In this document: positions 38,871 to 48,449 of the stretch, piece by piece
Layout of the letters: each line of letters opens with the position of its first letter
Numbering within the stretch: position 1 is the stretch's first letter
Assembly (NCBI GenBank): GCA_048938855.1
Contig: JBHLLT010000012.1
Coordinates: forward strand, 22,297 to 86,296
Length of the DNA stretch: 64,000 nucleotides
From: Promethearchaeota archaeon
Lineage (GTDB): Archaea; Asgardarchaeota; Lokiarchaeia; Sigyniarchaeales; SOKP01
Reading direction: 5' to 3'
Made by a program: the position numbers and the translations under genes
Notes under the pieces: model-generated
What the model was told of the DNA's origin: nothing
Seen by the model: the letters and a program-made list of their open reading frames with translations, nothing else
The model's database searches: none

Positions 38871-39764
38871 CTATGTAAGATTTAGTTCATTTATAACATA
38901 ACTCACCCATAAACCTGGCTTTTTAGGTATGTCAAAATCTATCCATGAACTTTTCATATAAGAAGTATCAACTTGCCAATATCCGTCAGATCGTTGCTTT
39001 CTTTTTAATATTTCTTTAGCACCATTACAACGTTCATCGTCTAACAAGTGATTTGCTTTAAGTAGAGTTAAGATTTCAATAATATTTGATCTATATGGAT
39101 AAGGGTAAAAGTTTAGGATGATAGAATCCTCGATTGGTTTATCTGAAGAAAATTTTTTAAATATTCTATGTTGAAGAATATATTCTAAACCCTGATTCAA
39201 TTTATCATCAAGTTCCTCTGAAGTTTCAAATTGTTTCTTATACTCAGTAAGTGTGATCATGGATTTTACAACACCGTAATAGCATGGAACTTTTTTCATA
39301 CAACCACCAAACCTAGTATAGAGATCTTTTCCAGGCCATGCACATTCTTTACCTCTCTCCACTAATTGGTATTTTAATATCCAATCAATACCCGCATCAA
39401 TCTTTTTTTTATCCTCAAATCTCATCTTTAATAAAAGTGTAGTAATCATGGAATTGTGACAAGCAAGTAAATTATCCTTGGTTCCTTCTAAAGAATAGCC
39501 TTCTTTGATATATGATTTGTCAACCAGGATCTTAATCCAATTCTGGACTTTTTCTAATGTATTTGTAAAGGGAATCTCTGAAAGTTCTAACAGGCGCCAT
39601 TCAAGGGCTCGAATACCGACAAAAGTAGTTGGAGCGCGTTTAGGAAGTTCTAATAATTTTGTCATAAGTTTTGAATCTGTTAGCATTTCCTGAGCTTCTT
39701 CTATTGTTATATTCTCCCCTTTTTCATAAGCCTTCTTCAATCCTAATGCGGAATCTTCAATCAT
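38871..39764 (-). CDS. Conserved hypothetical helical protein (terpenoid cyclase/prenyltransferase toroid-like)
   Basis: IDAGIDWILKYQ, GLEYILQH, KQRSDGYW QW-like repeats. Confidence 0.55.
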   Translation of the reverse strand: MIEDSALGLKKAYEKGENITIEEAQEMLTDSKLMTKLLELPKRAPTTFVGIRALEWRLLELSEIPFTNTLEKVQNWIKILVDKSYIKEGYSLEGTKDNLLACHNSMITTLLLKMRFEDKKKIDAGIDWILKYQLVERGKECAWPGKDLYTRFGGCMKKVPCYYGVVKSMITLTEYKKQFETSEELDDKLNQGLEYILQHRIFKKFSSDKPIEDSIILNFYPYPYRSNIIEILTLLKANHLLDDERCNGAKEILKRKQRSDGYWQVDTSYMKSSWIDFDIPKKPGLWVSYVINELNLT

Positions 39765-39912
39765 ATTACTTAATATTTTGAAGTTATCTATTAAAGTTTT
39801 AATATTAATTTGGTAAAAATGGCAAGAGTCTATTTTTTTTTATTACCAATATAATTTATTATAATTGGAAATGTTAAAATACTAATGAAATTGTATTTTT
39901 ATCAATACTTAC

Positions 39913-40878
39913 TTAATTATAATCGATTTTTTTTAATATTTCTTTGATGGTTTTTGCTGAAAATTTAAAATTTTTTATCTCTTCCTCACTTAGCTCAATA
40001 TTAAGAGTTTCCTGTATACCATTCTTATTAATAATACTTGGTAAACTCAAAAATAAATCGTTTATACCATAGAAATCTTCAATTAATGTTGATACTGGTA
40101 AGATCGAATTTTCATCATTAATAATAGCTTGAGAGATTCTAGCTAATGTCAAACCAATACCGTAAGAAGTTTCTCCTTTTCTTTCTATTATTTTATATGC
40201 TGAATCTCTTACTTCTTCGAAAATTGTCTGAAAATTTTTATTAGCATCATTTGGATTAACAAAATTACTCATGTCACAATAATTCTTTATATAGGCTCCA
40301 CCAACCATGGCACTACTCCACACAGCAAATTCACTATCACCATGTTCTCCTAAAATGTAAGCATGAATATTACTAGCGTTGACTTTACAATATTTTGCGA
40401 GTAAATATCTAAATCTCGCAGTATCTAATGTTGTTCCCGAACCCATAACTTTATTTTTCGGTTTACCGGAGACTTTATAAGTAACATAAGATAGAATATC
40501 AACTGGATTTGAAACAATTAGATAAACTGCATCTGAATCATATTTTTGAATTTTTGGAATAATAGATTTAAACAGATCTACATTTTTATTTACTAAATCA
40601 AGTCTTGTTTCACCAGGTTCTTGATTCTTACCCGCTGTAATTACAACTATGTCAGACTCTATTATATCTTCATAATCTCCGGGAATTATATTCACTGGAC
40701 TTGTATATGGTGCAGTATGAGATAAATCCATAACTTCTCCTTCTAATCTCTTACGATCTATGTCTACCATTACAATTTCTCGGGCAATTCCTTTGATTAT
40801 CAGAGCATAGGCATATCTCACTCCAACATTTCCACATCCAATTATAGAAATTTTAGGATGTAATCTTTCTTTTTTCAT
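39913..40878 (-). CDS. ldh: L-lactate dehydrogenase
   Basis: IIGCGNVG, TAGKNQEPGETRLDL (LDH-type Gln), SNPVD, GTTLDTAR, GEHGDS. Confidence 0.92.
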   Translation of the reverse strand: MKKERLHPKISIIGCGNVGVRYAYALIIKGIAREIVMVDIDRKRLEGEVMDLSHTAPYTSPVNIIPGDYEDIIESDIVVITAGKNQEPGETRLDLVNKNVDLFKSIIPKIQKYDSDAVYLIVSNPVDILSYVTYKVSGKPKNKVMGSGTTLDTARFRYLLAKYCKVNASNIHAYILGEHGDSEFAVWSSAMVGGAYIKNYCDMSNFVNPNDANKNFQTIFEEVRDSAYKIIERKGETSYGIGLTLARISQAIINDENSILPVSTLIEDFYGINDLFLSLPSIINKNGIQETLNIELSEEEIKNFKFSAKTIKEILKKIDYN

Positions 40879-41023
40879 GGTTAAATTAACACCTAAAGAA
40901 GTAAACTAGTAATTTAATATAAAAGTCTTATGCTTAGGAAAAATAGGCTTTTCGTTTAAAGACTGAAAAAATTAGTTCTTATATTAGAAAAAAGTTCGAT
41001 GGAGGGAGTTTTATCTTAAATAA

Positions 41024-42262
41024 TTAATTATCTTCATCCTTGATTTTTGATGGTATTTCTTTAATCTGGATGGCTAATTCCTGTCCTAATTTTTCACCTT
41101 TATCAAGTTGATCTCCTGTAGGATGACCATTGAATGTTAAGGGTTCTTGGATATCCCAATGCATAGCTTCAGATAAATTATTAAAATCTTTTAAAGCTCC
41201 ACCACTCCAACCATAAGAACCAAAATATAATGCCTTCTTATACCATATATGCTTTTTCTTTAAAAGTTCCATTAGATATTTCATAGGGGGAAACATGCTA
41301 TATTCGTAGGTTGGGCATCCTATAACCAAACCAGCAGATTTGTATGCATCTGCAAGAATATAAGACGCATCTTCATTTGGGACTCGATGAACATTTATTG
41401 GTACACCTGTAGAAGCTATTCCTTTTAAAACTGCGTTTAACATAGCTTCTGTATTTCCATACATACTACCCCAAATCACGCAAATTTCAGGTTCAGCATA
41501 ATCTTTATTATAGTTAGCATATCGAAGATACTTGTTAATAACTACTTTTGGTTTTCTCCAGATAAGACCATGAGAGGGGGCAATCATCTTAATATCTAGT
41601 GAAGATAATGAATCAATAGCCTTTGAAACATTGGGAGAAAACATTGCAATAATATTTGCGTAATATCTTAACATTTCTTTTTCCCAATATGGTTTATTTA
41701 CATCTGAAGTCTCATCGTCAAAAATGCTACCCTGATGAACTCCAAATGCTCCAAATGCATCACCAGAAAATAAGATTTTTGAATCTGGTTCATAAGATAC
41801 CATAGTTTCTGGCCAATGAACATGTGGGATCTCAGTAAAAATAAGTTTCTTATTTTGTCCTAAATCAATTTCATCCCCTGTTTTAACCACTTTAATGTTA
41901 TCTTCTATCCCATAGAATGCATTAACTAATTTCGATCCTTTCTCAGTAGTTACTATTTGGGATTTTGGTGCAAGGGACCTTATAATATAAGTAAAACCTG
42001 TATGATCTGGTTCAAGGTGATTAAGCACGATATAATCGACATCTTTTAATGATAGTGAGAGTGATTTTAGATTTTCTAATAAACTCATTGCGGCACCACC
42101 CCACTCTCTAACAAGTTCAATTAGAGCAATTTTATCTCCTATGATCACATATGCATTAAGAGCAACACCATTAGGTATCGGCCAGATGCCTTCAAATAAA
42201 TCTTCTGTATGTACATTTGCTCCAATCCAATATATATTTTCAGCTAATTTTGTTGCTTGGAT
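41024..42262 (-). CDS. fprA: Flavodiiron protein (FprA-type O2/NO reductase); probable ATC start at 42262
   Basis: NHLEPDH, HWPETM, FSGDAFG, APSHG, flavodoxin SMYGNT and FGSYGWSG; conserved N-terminus IQATKLAENIYWIG..FEGIWPIPNG lies upstream of the track start. Confidence 0.9.
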   Translation of the reverse strand: MQATKLAENIYWIGANVHTEDLFEGIWPIPNGVALNAYVIIGDKIALIELVREWGGAAMSLLENLKSLSLSLKDVDYIVLNHLEPDHTGFTYIIRSLAPKSQIVTTEKGSKLVNAFYGIEDNIKVVKTGDEIDLGQNKKLIFTEIPHVHWPETMVSYEPDSKILFSGDAFGAFGVHQGSIFDDETSDVNKPYWEKEMLRYYANIIAMFSPNVSKAIDSLSSLDIKMIAPSHGLIWRKPKVVINKYLRYANYNKDYAEPEICVIWGSMYGNTEAMLNAVLKGIASTGVPINVHRVPNEDASYILADAYKSAGLVIGCPTYEYSMFPPMKYLMELLKKKHIWYKKALYFGSYGWSGGALKDFNNLSEAMHWDIQEPLTFNGHPTGDQLDKGEKLGQELAIQIKEIPSKIKDEDN

Positions 42263-42485
42263 GATTTTATCACTTTATTTTTCTTTATTATTTTAGAAAT
42301 AAATATATAACAATTTATGGACTCCTTTTTTTTTTATTATTTGGTTTATAAAAATTAAGTAAAAAAAAATTAAGAAGAACTCTTCCTTATTAAGTGATTG
42401 CATATTTCTTGAGTGAAGATATCCTCATCTAATTCAAAGTCTTTTAATATATTAATTAAAAATTTAAGGAAAAAAAAGATGTGAA

Positions 42486-42839
42486 TTAGTCGATTGTAAC
42501 ATCTACAGTGTGCAATTCGGCTTCTTCATATGGTACATTTATTTTAAGTAAACCTTCTTTATAAATCGATTTTGCTTTTTCAGGGTCAACTGGACAACAA
42601 AACTGATAGGTACCTGAATAGATAAGACTTTCTAATTCACCATTTATTTTAAAATAGTCTTTATTCATTTTCAATTCAATTTTTTCTTTATCTACTCCTG
42701 GTAAATAAACCTCTATGTCAAATCCTGTACCTTCTTTATTGGTGGATGCGCAAATTTCTGGAAATACTCTAGGTTTGGATGGTTTATCTTCTTTTTCCTC
42801 AATCTCAGTTTCTCTCTTAATTTCTTTTAGTTCACTCAA
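42486..42839 (-). CDS. Small heat shock protein (Hsp20/alpha-crystallin)
   Basis: EVYLPGVDKEKIEL, VDPEKAKSIYKEGLLKINVP; GGAGGTGA SD before TTG at 42839. Confidence 0.9.
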   Translation of the reverse strand: MSELKEIKRETEIEEKEDKPSKPRVFPEICASTNKEGTGFDIEVYLPGVDKEKIELKMNKDYFKINGELESLIYSGTYQFCCPVDPEKAKSIYKEGLLKINVPYEEAELHTVDVTID

Positions 42840-42875
42840 AAATTTCACCTCCAAAATTATTCATATTAAACAGAT

Positions 42876-42891
42876 TTGATTACAAAATCAA
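42876..42891. promoter_or_regulatory. Perfect inverted repeat TTGATT-ACAA-AATCAA upstream of hsp20
   Basis: Directly visible palindrome about 40 nt upstream of the start. Confidence 0.4.
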
Positions 42892-43076
42892 TTTTAATAT
42901 TTGTTTTCATGATTAAGTGTAAGAAAACCTGAATTATAACTAATAAAAAGAAAGTATTATGAACACTATTTTTTCAAAGTATAAAAGAAGTGATTCTTAA
43001 TATACCAAAATACTTTAGAGACTTGAAATAAAAAGAATTAAACAAAAAAATAAAAATATAATATTATTTAAGCTTA

Positions 43077-43472
43077 CTAAAATTTAACTTCAAATGTATT
43101 TTGCCATAATCCATGAATATTGCAAAATGAAAAAGCCATAATTGTTCCAGATTTTTCTGTTTTAAAAGTAAAATTGGTTATTGGATCCGAATATATAGTA
43201 CTTGAATTTGCTCCATTAATAGAAGCTCCATGAGCTGTAAATTCCGATTTACCAATTTGATAAGGAAATTTCTCACCTTCAGGTAAAAAATAAACATCAA
43301 TCCATCTTATATGATGTTCTGTAGTGTTAGGATGGGATATTTCTTTTCCAACCATAACCTTAATGGCAATAGGTTCACCCTTTTTAATTTCTCCGATTAC
43401 TTCTATAACAGGAACATGTTTTTCTGTTTTCCAATCAGCTTTTTGAAATAGTTCATTTATTTCAGTTAACAA
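43077..43472 (-). CDS. Superoxide reductase, neelaredoxin-type (class II SORL)
   Basis: EKHVP, HPNTTEHHIRWI, CNIHGLW. Confidence 0.93.
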   Translation of the reverse strand: MLTEINELFQKADWKTEKHVPVIEVIGEIKKGEPIAIKVMVGKEISHPNTTEHHIRWIDVYFLPEGEKFPYQIGKSEFTAHGASINGANSSTIYSDPITNFTFKTEKSGTIMAFSFCNIHGLWQNTFEVKF

Positions 43473-43698
43473 GATAAACACTCCTTTAAGATTTTGTATT
43501 TTTAATTTGATTTATAGATATAAGTATCATTATAAATTAAATCGAAGAGATTATAAACTTAATTACTATAATTTCTAGATTTTATAAACAATTTGCATAA
43601 ATGGATTAATATACTATCTAATAACATCTAAAATAAAAGATCTAATAATAATATTTTAAAAGTTAAACAATAGAATTATTCGAAATAGATAGTTAATT

Positions 43699-44640
43699 AT
43701 GAAAATATTTAATTTTAAAACTATTTCTGGATTAAAAATTAATGGAAAATATATTATATTTCCCCAAAATTCAAACAGATATACTAAAGCTGCTTTTGAT
43801 GTGATATTTTTACACGCTTTTCCTCTAGATTCTGATATGTATATAGATAACTTCAAGGATACCAAATTTATAAGAGCTTTAAATAAGATTGCCTTAAAAA
43901 AAGGGAGAATAAGATTATATTTACCTGATCTGCCCGGATTTGGAGAGAGTGACCTTTTAAATTCCAAACCAAAAGACCTTTCGTTCTATGTAGATGTTGT
44001 AAATGAAATAGTTGACCACTTCCAGATAAAACGATTTATCCTTGGAGGTTGTTCTATGGGAGGATATATTGCCCTAGAATATCTTAGAAATAATACTGAT
44101 TTTATAGAAGGGTTAGTTCTAATTGATACAAAACCTTCTGCAGATGATGAGGAAAAAATACAGAATAGATTAGACACAATAGAGATTATAGACAAATCAT
44201 TGGAAACATATTCTGAAGATGAAAATCTTAACATTAAAATGGAAAAGTTATATGAACAAGACGATAAAATAAAAATATTTTTAGATAGTCTTCATTCAAA
44301 TGTTACTTCTCTTTATTGTCGACGTAATAATCCAGAAATTGCAAAAGAAATTCTTACTTTAATGAAAAAGCAGAGAGCATTGGGTATAATTCATGCATTA
44401 AATGGAATAGCGGGTAGAAAAGATACTTCCAATGTGTTAAAAATTTTAAACATAAACACTTTGATATTAGTGGGAGAAAATGATACTATAACTCCACTAG
44501 AAACAGCAAAAGAAATGAAAGATATAATTTCAAACTCAATCCTCGAAATTATACCTTTAGCTGGACATTTATCAAATATGGAAAATTTAATTGAATTCAA
44601 TCAGAAATTATTAAATTGGCTTCAGATAACCTTTAACTAA
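43699..44640 (+). CDS. Alpha/beta hydrolase
   Basis: FLHAFPL, PDLPGFGES, GCSMGG nucleophile, GEND, AGHLS. Confidence 0.9.
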   Translation: MKIFNFKTISGLKINGKYIIFPQNSNRYTKAAFDVIFLHAFPLDSDMYIDNFKDTKFIRALNKIALKKGRIRLYLPDLPGFGESDLLNSKPKDLSFYVDVVNEIVDHFQIKRFILGGCSMGGYIALEYLRNNTDFIEGLVLIDTKPSADDEEKIQNRLDTIEIIDKSLETYSEDENLNIKMEKLYEQDDKIKIFLDSLHSNVTSLYCRRNNPEIAKEILTLMKKQRALGIIHALNGIAGRKDTSNVLKILNINTLILVGENDTITPLETAKEMKDIISNSILEIIPLAGHLSNMENLIEFNQKLLNWLQITFN

Positions 44641-44670
44641 CATAATAATGATAAATAATCAAATCATTTA

Positions 44671-45330
44671 TTAGATGTCAATTTTAATTCCGTAAGGAAT
44701 TAATTCTTTTAAAAATTGTTCTGTATATGAGAATAAAAGAGTTTGAAATCCGACAGAATCAGCAATCTCTATTACATAAGCACTATCGTCGATTAAGAGG
44801 GCTTCAAAAGATCTACAATTAAGCTGACTTAATAATTCATGATAAAATTCTTGATCAGATTTTGAATAATGATAATCATAACTGAATAAGCATATATGAA
44901 AAAGTTTTAAAAAATCATACCTTGCATCGAGAAAATTTATTCGTTCCTCAATATTTCCACTAAATGCAATTAAGTAATATTTTTCATGAAGCCGTTTTAG
45001 AATTTTAAGCATATAATAGTATGGAATGTAATTTGAAAACCAAATCATCCGTAGAATTTGTGGATTTTTTTCAGTGATTTTAAATTTTTTATAAAATTTT
45101 GTTTCGAATTCATCAATAGAAATTTGACCTAATCTAAGCAAACCACCTTCAGTATTAGGCTCACTTTTAAAAAATAATTCAAGAGATTTCCAATCTTCTA
45201 AATGATATCTTTCAACTAATTTAGCTAAAGTTAAATGAGTTCCTGATGTGAAAATAACACCCCCAAGATCAAAAACCATTGTCTTGATCTTATCCTTACT
45301 ATTAAAAAGATTTAATTTATCATTATTCAA
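44671..45330 (-). CDS. HAD-family phosphatase-like protein
   Basis: VFDLGGV, SGN, K, LIDDS. Confidence 0.85.
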   Translation of the reverse strand: MNNDKLNLFNSKDKIKTMVFDLGGVIFTSGTHLTLAKLVERYHLEDWKSLELFFKSEPNTEGGLLRLGQISIDEFETKFYKKFKITEKNPQILRMIWFSNYIPYYYMLKILKRLHEKYYLIAFSGNIEERINFLDARYDFLKLFHICLFSYDYHYSKSDQEFYHELLSQLNCRSFEALLIDDSAYVIEIADSVGFQTLLFSYTEQFLKELIPYGIKIDI

Positions 45331-45421
45331 GTTAATCTACTTGCGTTTTTTATCAGAAATAACATTTTTAGATTTTTAAAGGTTCCTAAATTAATTTAAT
45401 TAGATTAACATTGAAGTTAAT

Positions 45422-46246
45422 CTAATCCCATTTACTCGTGTCATATAAAATCTGATATTTTTCTTCCATATTATCAAGCTTAAATATATCTTCTTCATCT
45501 AACTCAAAATCAAAAACCATTGAATTTTGAATGATATGATCTCTTGTGCTTGATTTAGGGATCTCTATGAATTCATGTTGAAAGCCCCACCTAATGAGTA
45601 TTTGAGCAACAGATTTATTATACTTCTCTGCGATTTCTTTTAAATAATTATTATTCAATTTTTTTCCATGAGTGAGAGGACAATAGGCTTCTATTGAGAT
45701 ATCTTGTTCCTTACAATATTTAATCAATTCTTTTCTATATAAAAACGGATTCAGTTCAAATTGGTTTATCACCGGTTTAATATTAAATGAACCTATTATT
45801 TCTTCTAAATGATGGATCCAATAATTAGAAACTCCAATAGCACGCACTTTTCCTTCGCTATAAATTTTTTCCAAAGCTTTCCACGTTTCGATTCTTTGAT
45901 TTTTACGCGGCCAATGAATTAAATAAAGATCTATATAAGATGTACCTAATCTTTTTAAACTTCTATTAAAGGCTCTTATTGTCGATTCATATCCTTGATC
46001 GCTATCCCAAACTTTTGAAGTAATAAAAACATCTTCACGGAGTACTCCACTATCTTTAATTGCTTTTCCAATCTGTTCTTCGTTACCATATAATTTAGCT
46101 GTATCGATATGTCTATATTGCGCTTCTAAAGCCCATTTTACAGAATCATAAGCAGTTTTGCCAACTAATTTCCATGTCCCTAAACCCAAAATAGGAATTT
46201 TGACCCCATTATTTAAGTCAATTTTACTATCTATAGATAATTTCAT
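45422..46246 (-). CDS. Aldo/keto reductase
   Basis: GLGTW, YRHIDTAKLYGNE, DLYLIHWP, IGVSN, IPKS. Confidence 0.95.
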   Translation of the reverse strand: MKLSIDSKIDLNNGVKIPILGLGTWKLVGKTAYDSVKWALEAQYRHIDTAKLYGNEEQIGKAIKDSGVLREDVFITSKVWDSDQGYESTIRAFNRSLKRLGTSYIDLYLIHWPRKNQRIETWKALEKIYSEGKVRAIGVSNYWIHHLEEIIGSFNIKPVINQFELNPFLYRKELIKYCKEQDISIEAYCPLTHGKKLNNNYLKEIAEKYNKSVAQILIRWGFQHEFIEIPKSSTRDHIIQNSMVFDFELDEEDIFKLDNMEEKYQILYDTSKWD

Positions 46247-46255
46247 TATAATCTC

Positions 46256-46459
46256 TCAGTTGTTTGTTATGTTTTTTATAGATTTATTTTTAATATATTT
46301 CTCAAGTTTTTTTCTCATTAGATTTTTTCTAATTTCATTATAAAATTTATTCCTTTTTAGACACTCTTTTGAAGTATCACTACAGAAATCGAAAGACATC
46401 CCTGTATGTTTAATTACACTACTTTTATTGTGACTTTTATTAGTATTTGCTTCAGTCAA
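46256..46459 (-). CDS. Small hypothetical protein
   Basis: TTG start with GGGG upstream; ends 9 nt before the AKR start. Confidence 0.4.
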   Translation of the reverse strand: MTEANTNKSHNKSSVIKHTGMSFDFCSDTSKECLKRNKFYNEIRKNLMRKKLEKYIKNKSIKNITNN

Positions 46460-46741
46460 AATAATTCCCCCAACTTATCTATTTATAACGTAAAAATTCA
46501 GAATTTTTTATTTTTCTATTACATAAATTCAACTATTTTTCAAGAAAACCTATTAAAGATAAATCAAAACTAGGATTTTATTATGAAATCATTTAGTTTT
46601 AATTCATTAGTTTAAGGTGATTTAAAATTCATAAGAAATTATAGAACACGATTTATTATACTTATTTCTAATTTATTAAAAATGCATTTATAAATCAATA
46701 TTCTATTAATTTAATCAAATAATTACTATTGGTGAAATAGT

Positions 46742-47083
46742 ATTCCGGATTTATTAAATATTAAATGTGTACCTTGTGAAGGTGGTATACCTCCACTTAC
46801 GGAAGATAAGGAAAATATCTATCTCCATAACGTTGAAGGTTGGTCACTTATAAGAGAAAATATTCATCGAATTAAAAGAGAATTTGTTTTCAAAGATTTC
46901 GAGGAAGCAATGAGATTTGTCAATAAAGTTGCAGATACCGCAGAAGATGAAGGGCATCATCCAGACATTAATATATATTATAATAAAGTTATTTTAGAAC
47001 TTTACACGCATGCGATCAACGGTCTTCATCTTAATGATTTTGTAATGGCAGCGAAAATTAATGAGATATATAAAAATTGGTAA
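46742..47083 (+). CDS. phhB: Pterin-4-alpha-carbinolamine dehydratase (not in ORF track); probable ATT start
   Basis: IPDLLNIKCVPCEGGIPPL...F.FKDF..AM.FVNKVA..AE.EGHHPDI...YTHAINGL..NDFVMAAKI; GGTGA SD 6 nt before ATT. Confidence 0.9.
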   Translation: MPDLLNIKCVPCEGGIPPLTEDKENIYLHNVEGWSLIRENIHRIKREFVFKDFEEAMRFVNKVADTAEDEGHHPDINIYYNKVILELYTHAINGLHLNDFVMAAKINEIYKNW

Positions 47084-47150
47084 ATGAATATTAGATCTTA
47101 GAGTTATGAAACTCTATAAAAAGCTAATTCCTTTTCTAATTCCCAAATCT

Positions 47151-48089
47151 CTAAAGACTTTGGATTTCGTTATCTCCTTCCATTAATTTCTTAATTTCTT
47201 TTAATCTACTTCTTATTGTAACTTCTGTGACACTTGCTTTATCTGCTACTTCTGTCTGAGTCTTCTGTAACTTCGTTCTTTTAGCAACAAAATAGATTAA
47301 TGCTGCAGCTAATCCTTTTGGATCTTTACCAATATATACGGAAGTATTTCCAACAATTTTTTTAAGTATATTTAAAGCTTCAATTTGCAATTCAATAGGT
47401 ATTTCTAACCTATTCCCAAAAAGAAAAATAAGCTGTGCAGGCGAAATTGAATGATATTCTAAATGTAAAATAGGTAAGATCTCTTTGATAATCATTCCCA
47501 GAGATCGAAATAATGTGCGTTGAGGCACAAGAGACACACCTATGACATCTTCAAGTAATTTTGGAAATTCATGAATCCTAATAGCTGCATATATTGAAGC
47601 AGCTACAAATCCATCAATCGATCGTCCTAATGTTAACTTTTTTTTTGCGACCTCAGTATATATTCTCCAAGCCGTTTCGCGTATATATTCAGGAATATTA
47701 AGCTTTGTCGCATATAATTTTAATTTTGGTTTAGCTTCCCAATAATTTCTTTCTAAGGAGGTTACAAGAGATCTCTGGATCTTTGATAGTCGTGAAAACA
47801 TCGTTCGCTTCCTAGCATTAATAATTTTTCCTTTTGAATCGATTTTAACAGTAGGTAGAATAGTTCTCGGCCCAAATTCTCTCCAAGATGGTTCTGTTTG
47901 CCTTCTTTTGCTAACTTCTTCAATAGTATACGCTCTTCTCTCATTGCTTACAAATACTTGTCCTAGAATAGTTCCACAATTCGTACAGACTTCACTACCT
48001 GCTACGGTTTTAATACATGGGCTTTCACAACAGTGTTCTTGTTCTAAAGAAATCTCATTTGGAAGAACTCTTTTTTCAGAATTATAAAT
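47151..48089 (-). CDS. tfb: Transcription initiation factor IIB (TFB paralog); probable ATT start
   Basis: In-frame Zn ribbon HCCESPC...VCTNCG and ERRAY upstream of the track start; cyclin repeats GRSIDGFVAASIY, GKDPKGLAAA, VTEVTIRSR. Confidence 0.9.
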   Translation of the reverse strand: MYNSEKRVLPNEISLEQEHCCESPCIKTVAGSEVCTNCGTILGQVFVSNERRAYTIEEVSKRRQTEPSWREFGPRTILPTVKIDSKGKIINARKRTMFSRLSKIQRSLVTSLERNYWEAKPKLKLYATKLNIPEYIRETAWRIYTEVAKKKLTLGRSIDGFVAASIYAAIRIHEFPKLLEDVIGVSLVPQRTLFRSLGMIIKEILPILHLEYHSISPAQLIFLFGNRLEIPIELQIEALNILKKIVGNTSVYIGKDPKGLAAALIYFVAKRTKLQKTQTEVADKASVTEVTIRSRLKEIKKLMEGDNEIQSL

Positions 48090-48449
48090 TTTAATTAACC
48101 CTCTAATAGTTTATTATTTTTTTGAGATTCTTATGACTAAGAAAAGGATGAGTTATTGTCCTTTCCCAAACTTCCTTTAAAAATGTAAAAAGATAAATTT
48201 AAGCCTTATGTTTAATAAGTTATTGTTTAACTTTTTGATAGAAATATATAGTAAATAGATGTTTTTACTTAATTTTTACAATTTATTCAAAGATCGATTG
48301 TATTAATGGTTTTATTTAACAAAACCATTTTATTTGTTAATATTTTATAACCTATAGATAAATAAATAAGAGCATACACCTCTAACTTAGAGTAAACAGA
48401 TTCTTAATAATGAAAAGATCTAAACCTATTTCAATTATATTGGAGTTGA

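Noticed and set aside
47762-47944. 60-aa ORF suggesting a frameshifted TFB
   Set aside because: The TFB N-terminus is continuous in the same frame as the 47151 ORF; this ORF is an alternative-frame artefact
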